Shown here piece after piece: positions 50,485 to 59,224 of a stretch of 64,000 bases of DNA (positions are counted from its first letter, which is position 1; every line of letters begins with the position of its first letter). The DNA lies in contig CAZQFL010000008.1 in the NCBI GenBank assembly GCA_964592745.1, positions 747 through 64,746 on the forward strand. The letters run 5' to 3'. The stretch comes from an uncultured Desulfurococcaceae archaeon. Its GTDB lineage: Archaea > Thermoproteota > Thermoprotei_A > Sulfolobales > NBVN01. The notes beneath the pieces were generated by a model. It was not told the DNA's origin. It ran no database searches and was given only the letters and a program-made list of their open reading frames with translations. Made by a program: the position numbers and the translations under genes.

Positions 50485-51561
50485 CTAAATACTATCCTCG
50501 ATTTTTCCATACTCACCTGAATATTCATCACCTACTTCCTCTTCATACCATCCCTTAGGACAGCCCTTACCATACCTTATGATTGATTTCTTGAGTTTGG
50601 TTAATAATACCACTCTTGATGGTATTGAGTATGATGCAACTCTGTAACCCATGGACTCTGATAATCTCTTAGCGAATTCTAAGACCTCCTTGAATGACGG
50701 CATATTATCTCTACTAAGCCTCTCTATTGAACCCCCAACGTGCATGTACGCTTTGACTTCTATATACGTAGGTTCAGCTATGCTTAATATTCTACTAAAG
50801 CTGCTAACAGCTTTCTCATCCATGTTAAAACCTCTTAGAACTGTTACCCTTATTACCGTGGGGCACGTAAATGATGGTAAAATCTCCAGCGTCTCTAATG
50901 TTCTATCCCAACCCCTACTCGTTAATGGTCTATTGAAGTAATCATACATCTCCTTATTCCATGCCTCAATCGATACATATAATTGTGTAGGTTCTTCATC
51001 TAATGATGCAAGAACTTCAGGTCTAATACCTCTAGTTACTAAGAACGTAGTTAAGCCCCTCTTATGGAATGCCTTAATTAACTCCCCTAAACGTGGGTAA
51101 AGTGTTGCTTCACCAGTTAATGATATAGCTACATGCTTAGGATCCATAGCCTCCTTCCATAACTTCTCAGACGTCCTATGCCTGTAACCACTAACAGTTC
51201 TCCTATGCTCATGTATAGCCATTTCAGCTATGAAGTCTGGATCGTCAACATATGGTAGTCTCGTTAAGTCACTATATGTGAACCCGTAATCTTGGGGTCT
51301 AACTCTCCAACAATGTAAGCATGCGTTCCAGCACCATAGAGTTGATGGTGTGAATTGTATGCATCTATGTGATTCAATACCGTAAAACTTACACTTATAG
51401 CAGAACCTACCCTCAACTAATGCATTATGAACCCATAAACACTTCTTTATGGCTGAATGAGTACCTATTAAGTGATATTTTTGATTCTTAAGCCTATTAA
51501 TTATTAACGTTAATGGGTCTCTTAATATCTCACTCCTAACTCCATTCTTTAACACTGTCAA
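50485..51561 (-). CDS. taw1: tRNA 4-demethylwyosine synthase Taw1/TYW1 (radical SAM)
   Basis: CYKCKFYGIESHRCIQFTP, then WCWNACLHCWR (cluster motif), then ISLTGEATLYPRL. Typical Taw1 architecture. Confidence 0.85.
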   Translation of the reverse strand: MTVLKNGVRSEILRDPLTLIINRLKNQKYHLIGTHSAIKKCLWVHNALVEGRFCYKCKFYGIESHRCIQFTPSTLWCWNACLHCWRVRPQDYGFTYSDLTRLPYVDDPDFIAEMAIHEHRRTVSGYRHRTSEKLWKEAMDPKHVAISLTGEATLYPRLGELIKAFHKRGLTTFLVTRGIRPEVLASLDEEPTQLYVSIEAWNKEMYDYFNRPLTSRGWDRTLETLEILPSFTCPTVIRVTVLRGFNMDEKAVSSFSRILSIAEPTYIEVKAYMHVGGSIERLSRDNMPSFKEVLEFAKRLSESMGYRVASYSIPSRVVLLTKLKKSIIRYGKGCPKGWYEEEVGDEYSGEYGKIEDSI

Positions 51562-51602
51562 TCCCTACCGCTTCATACTTTGTAAACCAGCTTTTATAAT
51601 CT

Positions 51603-52592
51603 GTGTCAAGACTAAGAATATGTGAGAGTGTCTTGAGGCATGGAATAGTGTGTCACGGTGATTGTGATGGAGTTATCTCGGCCTTCATATATATAAAACA
51701 CTACATGCGTGACTTCTATCCAGGGAGAATAGACATAGTATTTACACAACCATGGAGAGCCCACATAGATGCTAGAAGAGTAAGTAGCGATATAGATGCG
51801 CTTGTTTTATTAGATCTCGCTCTAAGCAATGAATTAATTAGCTTCATCAAATTAATAAGTAAAAGCGTTAATAAAATAATAGTCATAGATCACCACGTCA
51901 GTTCTAAGACCTTCCTAAATGAGTTAAACATAAGTAATGTTAAAATTATTTGGAGTAAAGCTTCATCAACGCCACACCTAATTAAGGATGTCTTAAAGCC
52001 CCTCATGAATCCATACGAGGAATTCCTAGTTGAGGTTGCTGATGTATGTGAGGGTAATGAAACAAGGAATCCTGATGTAGCTAAGGTTGCGGACTTAATT
52101 AAACTTTCCATAGCTAGAGATCCAAGTGATTTAGATTACATGAAGTACTTGGTTGATATAATGCTTAAGAATAAGGACATAAGTAATGATAATGAAGTCA
52201 TTAAGAGAGCTAAGGTAGCTAAATTCTTATTGAAGAGGTTACTGAAGTTGTTAAGTGAGAGATCTCTTGAGATTTCAGATATTAAGATAGCTGCATTAGA
52301 CCTTTCTGAATCAAGAATATATGCTGGACTACTCGGTATTGCTGCAACGGAGTTCTCGAAGATGTGTAAGAAGGATGTAATTTTGATTAGAAGGGAAGAG
52401 GGCAAGATAGTAGTCACTGCTAGGTCTGTTAGTGATAGAGCATTCAAGATATGTCAGCTACTCTCAAAAAGGTTAAAAGGTAAATTCGGGGGTCATGCTG
52501 AAGCAGCATCAACTACTTTACCTGATATGTCGCTGGATAATGCTATTAAGTTAATTATTGAGGTTGCTAGAGATGTCGTTAAGCGTAGTTGA
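51603..52592 (+). CDS. DHH-family phosphoesterase (RecJ/NrnA-like) with DHHA1-type GGH
   Basis: Motif I CHGDCDGVISAF, motif II LLDLA, motif III VIDHH, and C-terminal FGGHAEAAS. Confidence 0.75.
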   Translation: MSRLRICESVLRHGIVCHGDCDGVISAFIYIKHYMRDFYPGRIDIVFTQPWRAHIDARRVSSDIDALVLLDLALSNELISFIKLISKSVNKIIVIDHHVSSKTFLNELNISNVKIIWSKASSTPHLIKDVLKPLMNPYEEFLVEVADVCEGNETRNPDVAKVADLIKLSIARDPSDLDYMKYLVDIMLKNKDISNDNEVIKRAKVAKFLLKRLLKLLSERSLEISDIKIAALDLSESRIYAGLLGIAATEFSKMCKKDVILIRREEGKIVVTARSVSDRAFKICQLLSKRLKGKFGGHAEAASTTLPDMSLDNAIKLIIEVARDVVKRS

Positions 52593-53277
52593 ATATTCAG
52601 GTTATACCTCATTAAATGAGCTTAATGCTCTAATACGAAGATACTTTAAAGTTGCTACTATCGTAATAATAGCTAAATGTAGTGTAGAATATAGAGGAAG
52701 AGCTAGTAGTAAAGCTGGAGTTGCGAGGAGATTAATAATAATTAAGGAAGACGGTACGGTGCTTATCCATGAAGGTAAGGGCAGAGAACCCATTAACTGG
52801 CAACCACAATCACACATATCTGCAACATTAAGTAATGAAAAGTTATTGATAAATGCTATAAGAATAAGACCTAGGGAGGAGTTAAAGATATACATAGAGA
52901 ATACCCCCTTCATAGTAGTAACTAGACTAACAACAGCTAAGTTTATACTTGAGGGTGCTGAAAGAGACTTAATTAACATGATTGCATCTAATCCATCATT
53001 AATAGAGGATGGTGCTAAGCTTGTATCAAGGGAGGTTAGTACACCACATGGTAGAGTTGACGTCATCCTTAGAGGTAAGGATGGTAAATTAATAATTGTT
53101 GAAGTCAAGAGATCCCAAGCAGACATAGATGCGGTGTATCAATTAAAGAGATATGTTGAATACTATAGATCTCTAGGTATAGAAGTGAGAGGTGTCATAG
53201 CATCTCCTAAGATAACCCCTCGAGCACTTAAAATGCTTCATGAATTTAATCTAAATTACGTTAAAATAGGTACGTAG
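52573..53277 (+). CDS. nucS: Endonuclease NucS/EndoMS
   Basis: N-terminal KCSVEYRGRASSKAGVARRLIIIKEDGTVLIHE and a C-terminal RecB-like nuclease motif GRVDVILRGKDGKLIIVEVKR...YQLKRYVE. The start is uncertain (52558 or 52573). Confidence 0.85.
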   Translation: MSLSVVEYSGYTSLNELNALIRRYFKVATIVIIAKCSVEYRGRASSKAGVARRLIIIKEDGTVLIHEGKGREPINWQPQSHISATLSNEKLLINAIRIRPREELKIYIENTPFIVVTRLTTAKFILEGAERDLINMIASNPSLIEDGAKLVSREVSTPHGRVDVILRGKDGKLIIVEVKRSQADIDAVYQLKRYVEYYRSLGIEVRGVIASPKITPRALKMLHEFNLNYVKIGT

Positions 53278-54033
53278 GTGTATGATATGTTCATTGACTC
53301 ACACGTACATATGCACGAATATAGTGAAGATGAAATAATGAAGTACTGTAGTATGGCTGATTACATATTTCTAGCTGTCTCAGACGATTATGAGTCATCA
53401 CTTAAGACCCTAAATATTGCTAAGAAATGTAGTAATGTCATACCAGCAATAGGTATTCATCCATGGGAAGTAGGGAAGACAAGCGTGAATGAGTTAGATA
53501 AGGTGGTGAAATTAGTGGATAATGCTTACTTCTTAGGCGAGGTAGGTCTAGATAAGAAGTTCGTCCCACAAACGTTTGATCATCAATTAGACATTTTCAG
53601 AAGGTTTGTGGAGATAGCCAAGGAATATGATAAAGGGTTATCAATACACGCAGCAGGTGCTTGGAGGGAAGTATTGAATATATTATATAAGTATGATATT
53701 AGGATAGCAATAATTCATTGGTACACAGGGCCTCCAGAATTACTTAAGGACATTGAATCTTTAGGCTATTACATAGGCGTTAATGTTGCGCTAAAAATAC
53801 AGAAAAAGATGAGATTAATTATTAAGAAAGCTCCTCTTGAAATAATGATTACGGAATCTGATGGGCCATATGAATATAGAGGTATGAAATTAAACCCAGA
53901 ATTAATACCTGAAGCGATTAATGAAATAGCTAAAATTAAGGGGGTAAGTAGAGATCATGTTGTCAAGGTAATAAGTGAGAACTTTAAAAATTTGATGAAA
54001 AAATTGAGTAGGGAAGTAAAATCTTATGAGTGA
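53278..54033 (+). CDS. tatD: TatD-family metal-dependent hydrolase/DNase
   Basis: FIDSHVHM, GIHPWE, GEVGLD, SIHAAGA, IIHWYTG and TESDGP are the TatD metal-ligand motifs. The start immediately follows the nucS stop. Confidence 0.85.
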   Translation: MYDMFIDSHVHMHEYSEDEIMKYCSMADYIFLAVSDDYESSLKTLNIAKKCSNVIPAIGIHPWEVGKTSVNELDKVVKLVDNAYFLGEVGLDKKFVPQTFDHQLDIFRRFVEIAKEYDKGLSIHAAGAWREVLNILYKYDIRIAIIHWYTGPPELLKDIESLGYYIGVNVALKIQKKMRLIIKKAPLEIMITESDGPYEYRGMKLNPELIPEAINEIAKIKGVSRDHVVKVISENFKNLMKKLSREVKSYE

Positions 54034-54084
54034 TGAATGACCTGGTTACTGATATGTGATGAACAATGCAGGATCTGACGTAAG
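54023..54084 (+). ncRNA. C/D-box sRNA (canonical dual-guide), overlapping the tatD stop codon
   Basis: GUGAUGA(54030-36)-12nt AUGACCUGGUUA-CUGA(54049-52)-UAU-GUGAUGA(54056-62)-12nt ACAAUGCAGGAU-CUGA(54075-78). The flanking 5-bp terminal stem is CUUAU(54023-27)/GUAAG(54080-84). Confidence 0.85.
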
Positions 54085-54145
54085 TAAGATCATAATTTAA
54101 ACTTAGAGCTAATTAAGGTTAACACATTTTTATGTAGGTGCTGTT

Positions 54146-55087
54146 ATGGGTGAGGTTAATGTCGCACTTGTAGGCGTTGGTAGATGGGGTCGCAATATCT
54201 TAAGGGTTCTAAAGGAACTTGAGAATGAGGGACTAGTAAAGATAGCTGCATTAGTTGATGTAGACTTAGAAAATGTTAGGGAGTTAGCTAAGAAGTATAA
54301 CATAGGATTATATTTCACTGATTATCTTAAGTTATCATCTATCGATGTGGATGCAGCCATCATAGCTGTCCCTATTCATGAGTTAATTAATGTAGCTAAG
54401 AGCTTAGCTTCACTGGGTCTTCACATATTTGTAGAGAAACCAGTAGCTCTTAATTCTAATAATATAGCTGAGCTTGAAGCTATAGCTAAGTCCTCCAACG
54501 TAATTGTTCAGCCAGGATTTATAGTTAGGTTTGACCCAGTTACGTATGAAATTAAGAAGTTAATGAGGCGTTACGGTGGTCCTAAATACATGATTTTTAA
54601 GAGGTTATCTAAAAGACCTGAACGTTTAAGGAAGTACTCAATTATTTATGATTTAACAATACATGATATCGATTTAACACATTACTTCCTAGGTAATAGA
54701 AAATGGAGTGTTAAATTTGTTGATATATTAGAGAGTGAGAATTCAGTCGTTCAAACCGTAAATGCTGTGCTAAATTACGGTGATGTCTTAATCTCGTATA
54801 TAACTGATGGTAATCTTCCCATAAAGATTAGGGAAGTAGATATCGCTTTTAATGAGGCATATGTTATTGCTGATTATGTTAAAAGTAGGATATACATCAG
54901 AGAGCCTAATAGCGAGAAAAGGTATGAAGTGAGTGGCGAGGAACCGTTAAGGAGGGAGCTTTACTCATTTATAATGAGAATTAAGGGTGAGAACATATCT
55001 GAAGTACCTACATTGAAAGACGCGTATATAGCTCTAAAAATAGCTGAGGAAATCAGTATGACGGCTAATAGTAAGGCCTGTTCTTAG
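54146..55087 (+). CDS. Gfo/Idh/MocA-family NAD(P)-dependent oxidoreductase
   Basis: N-terminal Rossmann segment VALVGVGRWGRN and the EKPVAL motif (HIFVEKPVAL). Confidence 0.8.
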   Translation: MGEVNVALVGVGRWGRNILRVLKELENEGLVKIAALVDVDLENVRELAKKYNIGLYFTDYLKLSSIDVDAAIIAVPIHELINVAKSLASLGLHIFVEKPVALNSNNIAELEAIAKSSNVIVQPGFIVRFDPVTYEIKKLMRRYGGPKYMIFKRLSKRPERLRKYSIIYDLTIHDIDLTHYFLGNRKWSVKFVDILESENSVVQTVNAVLNYGDVLISYITDGNLPIKIREVDIAFNEAYVIADYVKSRIYIREPNSEKRYEVSGEEPLRRELYSFIMRIKGENISEVPTLKDAYIALKIAEEISMTANSKACS

Positions 55088-55163
55088 GTAATTCGTAAGT
55101 GGGAAAATCTTCAAGACTACAATAAAAAATTTTTATTCGTAAACAACATATAGTACGCGGTTG

Positions 55164-56498
55164 ATGCTATTGAGAAAGCGAGTATTAATATTGGGTGCAG
55201 GAGGTCGTGACTTTCATAATTTTAATGTTGTATTCAGAAACAATCCTGAGTACGAGGTTGTAGCCTTCGCGTTTACGCAAATACCTGGTGTTGAGAGGCG
55301 TAGATATCCTCCTGAATTAGCTGGTGCTCAATACCCTGATGGTATACCGATAATTCCTTATAAAGACTTAGGTAGGATAATTAAGGAATATAAAGTTGAT
55401 GAAGTCGTATTATCATTTAGTGACATAACCTATGATGAATTAGGTAAGATAGCTTCAGAAGTATTGGCAGCGGGTGCTGAGTTCAGACTTCTACCACCAT
55501 CAGAGACTTACATAAAGTCCTTCAGGCCTGTAATAGCTGTTACAGCAGTTAGGACTGGTGCTGGTAAATCAACTGTTTCTAGAGCTGTAGCTAGGGAGCT
55601 ACTTAGACGCAACATAAGGTTTGTTGTTGTAAGGCATCCTATGGCTTACGGAGACCTAAGTAAGATGCGCATACAGATATTCGAGAAGGTTGAGGACATG
55701 GATAAGTGGGGCTTAACTATAGAGGAGAGAGAAGAGTATGAGCATTACCTACTCATGGATATTAAAGTACTTGCTGGTGTTGATTATGGCGCAATCCTAA
55801 GGGAGGCTGAGAGAATGGCTGATATCATATTATGGGATGGAGGTAATAATGATACACCATTCTATACTCCCGACTACTTAGTAACCGTAGCTGATGCTAT
55901 GAGACCTGGTCAGGAGGTGTCTTCTTATCCCGGTGAGATAAATGCCAGGTTAGCTGATGTAGTGATAGTGAATAAGGTTAGTCAAGCCCCTGAAGAGAAT
56001 GTTAAGAAGGTAATTAATAACATAAAGAGGATTAATCCCAAAGCGAAGATAACTTTAGCTGATATGGAGGTCTACGTGGAAAAACCTGAGCTAATCAGGG
56101 GTAAGAGAGTAGTTGTCATCGAGGATTCACCATCAGTAACTCACGGCTCCCTACCCTATGGTGCAGGCTACGTAGCCGCATTGAAGTATGGTGCTAAGGA
56201 AATAGTTGATCCTAGACCCTACGCTGTAGGTATAATTAAGGAGATGTATGAGAAGTACCCACATATGAAGGAGGTACTACCGTCAACGGGCTATACTGAG
56301 TATCAGTTAAGGGATCTCGAGGAGACCATAAAGAGAATAGATGCTGATACGGTGATCATAGGATCACCAGCAGATGTTAGTAGGGTTGTAAGGATTGATA
56401 AGCCCGTAATTAAGGTTAAATGGGAGCTAAAGGTATTAGAAGGGCCAACAATAAAGGATATAGTTGATGAATTCCTTGAGAGAGTAGGTATGAAGTAA
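55164..56498 (+). CDS. P-loop NTPase of unknown function (COG2403 'predicted GTPase'-like)
   Basis: N-terminal Rossmann-like VLILGAGGRDFHNF and Walker A in VTAVRTGAGKST. The family assignment is from memory and is tentative. Confidence 0.45.
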   Translation: MLLRKRVLILGAGGRDFHNFNVVFRNNPEYEVVAFAFTQIPGVERRRYPPELAGAQYPDGIPIIPYKDLGRIIKEYKVDEVVLSFSDITYDELGKIASEVLAAGAEFRLLPPSETYIKSFRPVIAVTAVRTGAGKSTVSRAVARELLRRNIRFVVVRHPMAYGDLSKMRIQIFEKVEDMDKWGLTIEEREEYEHYLLMDIKVLAGVDYGAILREAERMADIILWDGGNNDTPFYTPDYLVTVADAMRPGQEVSSYPGEINARLADVVIVNKVSQAPEENVKKVINNIKRINPKAKITLADMEVYVEKPELIRGKRVVVIEDSPSVTHGSLPYGAGYVAALKYGAKEIVDPRPYAVGIIKEMYEKYPHMKEVLPSTGYTEYQLRDLEETIKRIDADTVIIGSPADVSRVVRIDKPVIKVKWELKVLEGPTIKDIVDEFLERVGMK

Positions 56499-56515
56499 GG
56501 CTGTAGGTTAACTTC

Positions 56516-56809
56516 ATGGGCAACACGGTAGAGGATAGGTATAGTAGGGATATAGTCAATTACACTAAATTACTAATTTTAAACTATAGAAGGTACTTCG
56601 GAAGGAGAGGTGTACTAAACTCTGATGGTTTAAGACTATTAAATGAATTAGTGAGAATTGTGGTTGCGCATAGGCCGGAATTATCAAGGATAATTAAAGA
56701 GGTTCGTAAGAATCCGACCATAGAAAACTTCATGAAGTTTGCTGAGAGGGTATTAGGTAATGAGGCTTACGAGCTACTATACTTATCAATTAATAATTAC
56801 TATGTTTAA
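56516..56809 (+). CDS. Hypothetical small protein
   Basis: 97-aa ORF, 17 nt after the preceding gene. No recognisable motif. Confidence 0.4.
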   Translation: MGNTVEDRYSRDIVNYTKLLILNYRRYFGRRGVLNSDGLRLLNELVRIVVAHRPELSRIIKEVRKNPTIENFMKFAERVLGNEAYELLYLSINNYYV

Positions 56810-56831
56810 CGGTATTGCTTCGCATTTTTAT

Positions 56832-58001
56832 TTAGTAATAGTTGCCTAAGAGCCATTCATTACCTATGAATATGCGCTTCAGACCTGCTTCCTTAGCCTT
56901 TCTTAGAGCTCCTAATGCGTGATTTAGACTCGTTGGTGGTAAATCTCTTAAGAGGTGGTCAGGATGAAACGCTAGTAGTACGTATGGTATTTCATTACTT
57001 AGTGAGGAGATGTATTCAGCTATCTTACCTACCTCATATTCATCAACGTAGCCTGGGACTAGTAAAGTGCTGACAACTAGTAGTGGCACTTCAGGTCTTT
57101 CTTTACCTAGATCAGCCACTATCTTAGCGTTAGTTTTTAATCTCTCTACAGCTTTAACTCCGTCAATACCCGTCAATGCTTGATATATTGGTGGTGACCA
57201 AGCTTTCCAATCAATCTTCACAATACCCCCGCTAATCAGGCTTAGTTTAGCCATCTCACGCATGATTGCAGGGTTAACTAATCCGTTAGTCTCCCAGCAT
57301 ATCCTCTTGATGAGTCCCTTCCTTGAAGCATACTCAACGATCCTTCGTGAAGCCTTAATAGCGTAGAGAATGTGGGGACCTGGATCGCCACCGAAGAAAC
57401 ATACACAGGTTATTCTATCATTCCCTAACGCTTCCTCAACTAAGTCATCAACGCTTCTTACGTACTTAACCCTTAATCTCTCACTAGCTATCATTTCTTT
57501 ATGCTCCCAATTCTGACAGAATAGACAGTCTAGGTTACAACCTGCAAAGAATACTGCAAGGTTGAACATGCCGTACTCAGGCCCCTTAACAAGTGTGTAC
57601 TTAGGGTATCCAGCTCCTGTTGCTGCTGGACATACAGGTGTTGCAACACAGTTTGTTGGTAAAGGATCTAAATACCAATAAACTACTGCTTTATCCCAAC
57701 CAATAATGGGCTTTAACCTCCCCTCACTATTAGACCATAAACCGCAGAAGCCCTTACCACCCGGTGGTATTAGGCATTCATTAACGCATAACGAACACCT
57801 TAAACACTTCTCACCAGCTCGCGGTGGTTCAGGCGGTAAACCTAATGATTCTCTATAATTTACATGAGCCTTTAACGCTATCTTAAGTGACTCACTAGGA
57901 TTTCGCCTTAAACATGAAGCACATACACCTATAACATCACTAATGACCCTAGACTTACTACCACATAGTAAGCAGCTACCCATACTCCCTAGCTTCAGCA
58001 T
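56832..58001 (-). CDS. Radical SAM enzyme, pyruvate-formate-lyase-activase-like, with N-terminal Cys-rich domains
   Basis: FFAGCNLDCLFCQNWEH (CxxxCxxC). An N-terminal zinc-ribbon-like CLLCGS...CASC and a CLRCSLCVNEC ferredoxin-like motif. Confidence 0.8.
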   Translation of the reverse strand: MLKLGSMGSCLLCGSKSRVISDVIGVCASCLRRNPSESLKIALKAHVNYRESLGLPPEPPRAGEKCLRCSLCVNECLIPPGGKGFCGLWSNSEGRLKPIIGWDKAVVYWYLDPLPTNCVATPVCPAATGAGYPKYTLVKGPEYGMFNLAVFFAGCNLDCLFCQNWEHKEMIASERLRVKYVRSVDDLVEEALGNDRITCVCFFGGDPGPHILYAIKASRRIVEYASRKGLIKRICWETNGLVNPAIMREMAKLSLISGGIVKIDWKAWSPPIYQALTGIDGVKAVERLKTNAKIVADLGKERPEVPLLVVSTLLVPGYVDEYEVGKIAEYISSLSNEIPYVLLAFHPDHLLRDLPPTSLNHALGALRKAKEAGLKRIFIGNEWLLGNYY

Positions 58002-58059
58002 GCACCAAACCTAATAATCTTAAATATTGAGAGACAGCGGTAGATATAGGTTGTAAGAC

Positions 58060-58371
58060 GTGAATCACGAGCTTCGTGTGAAAGCACTAAAACTCTTGAA
58101 TAGCGGCGTATTCACTATAGATACCTTAGCAAGTAAGCTAGGTATAGATAAGTACATAGCTAAGGAACTGATAGATTACCTAGTAATTAGAGGGTATGTG
58201 AATGAAGTTGAGATAGGACCTGAGTGTAGGGGTGAATGTGCAACATGCCGAATAGCTAAGTCATGTCCGTTCTATAAGCTCAACTTAAATACTAAAATTA
58301 AGATTTACGTCATAACTGAGAAGGGTGTAGACTACATTAAGAGGTACACTAAGGTAAGCTATTCCTCTTAA
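58060..58371 (+). CDS. Small winged-helix-like protein with CX3CX2CX5C cluster
   Basis: FTIDTLASKLGIDKYIAKELIDYLVIRGYV is a wHTH-like segment and is followed by CRGECATCRIAKSC. The gene is divergent from the radical-SAM gene. Confidence 0.5.
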   Translation: MNHELRVKALKLLNSGVFTIDTLASKLGIDKYIAKELIDYLVIRGYVNEVEIGPECRGECATCRIAKSCPFYKLNLNTKIKIYVITEKGVDYIKRYTKVSYSS

Positions 58372-58391
58372 TTATTTTATAGTTCTTAAGT

Positions 58392-58804
58392 CTATAACAC
58401 GTATTTCAGTTCTTTTGAGTGCTTTATTATGTACTTATCACTTGTTAATAATGGTGAATTGTAATATCCTGCGTTGCAACGTTATAAGTCAAAGTAATGC
58501 TGCTTTCTTGACCCTCCATGTTCCATATAGTATTTTAGTGCTTGAGTTACTATTTCAGGGTATAGAGGTAATGGCTTATGTGGTATTTTCGATATCGCAC
58601 TTATAAACTCGACCACCTTACTTAATGATACACCATTACTTCTAAGTGTTGATATTACATCATCGTATATTTCTGAAGATACATAAGCTAAGATTTTACC
58701 TATGACTAATACTCAATTACCTTTGTATTGAACTTAAATAAGTTATCGAGAGTGAGATAGAATATAAATACATCAGCATCAAGTAAAACACGTCTAGGTA
58801 TCAA
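58392..58804 (-). pseudogene. vapC: PIN-domain toxin VapC, disrupted (one frameshift + one in-frame stop)
   Basis: My translation of the minus strand gives LIPRRVLLDADVFIFYL... (frame A, stop at 58708-58706). It continues in another frame as ...ILAYVSSEIYDDVISTL...HYFDL*(TAA 58484-58482)RCNAGYYNSPLLTSDKYII. All four PIN acidic positions are recognisable. It starts 5 nt after the vapB stop. Confidence 0.7.
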
Positions 58805-58809
58805 GGAAG

Positions 58810-59052
58810 TTATAATCCTCTTTCTCTCTTTATAAATCTCTCCTGCCTTTCCTCGAGCTCCTCTAAATCCTTATGCTTAAGTAGGTCCTTGAACTTACCA
58901 GCCAATTCTAGGACTTCACTAGCTATTGGCTTCAATACTATGGTGCCATCACTCATTAACTCTAAAGCAAAGAACTTGGTCTTAACCTTCCCTCTAATAT
59001 CTTTCGGGATAAGAATTCTACCACGTTCATCCATAGATACTACAAGTCTCAT
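58810..59052 (-). CDS. vapB: AbrB/SpoVT-type antitoxin VapB
   Basis: MRLVVSMDERGRILIPKDIRGKV is a swapped-hairpin AbrB/MazE-like N-terminus. The gene is intact. The start is set at the internal Met of the track ORF. Confidence 0.75.
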   Translation of the reverse strand: MRLVVSMDERGRILIPKDIRGKVKTKFFALELMSDGTIVLKPIASEVLELAGKFKDLLKHKDLEELEERQERFIKRERGL

Positions 59053-59224
59053 ACCCACTGCCCACATAAATAATCCCTAAATCTCTGAAGTATATTTCAC
59101 CCTTCCCCACCACTCACATGTCTGAATCAAAAACGCAAGACATGATGTGTAGCTTTTAAGTTCTTACGTATCTTAATGTTTAGGTGATACTACGGTTAAT
59201 AAGCTTAAGGAGTTAATAGCTATA

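Noticed and set aside
52602-53126. 174-aa minus-strand ORF
   Set aside because: It is antisense to nucS, with a low-complexity S/L-rich translation. Shadow ORF.
55121-55137. AATAAAAAATTTTTATT near-palindrome upstream of the P-loop gene
   Set aside because: It is imperfect (6 A versus 5 T). It is most simply the TATA/AT-rich promoter element, or a bidirectional T-run terminator of the preceding gene.
58415-58606. 63-aa plus-strand ORF
   Set aside because: It lies opposite the region that translates, in two frames, into a recognisable PIN domain. It is better explained as the antisense of the vapC pseudogene.
59117-59144. Hairpin CATGTCT-14 nt-AGACATG between vapB and pepQ
   Set aside because: It has only a 7-bp stem and a long loop. 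It might be a VapB operator, but it is too weak to call.
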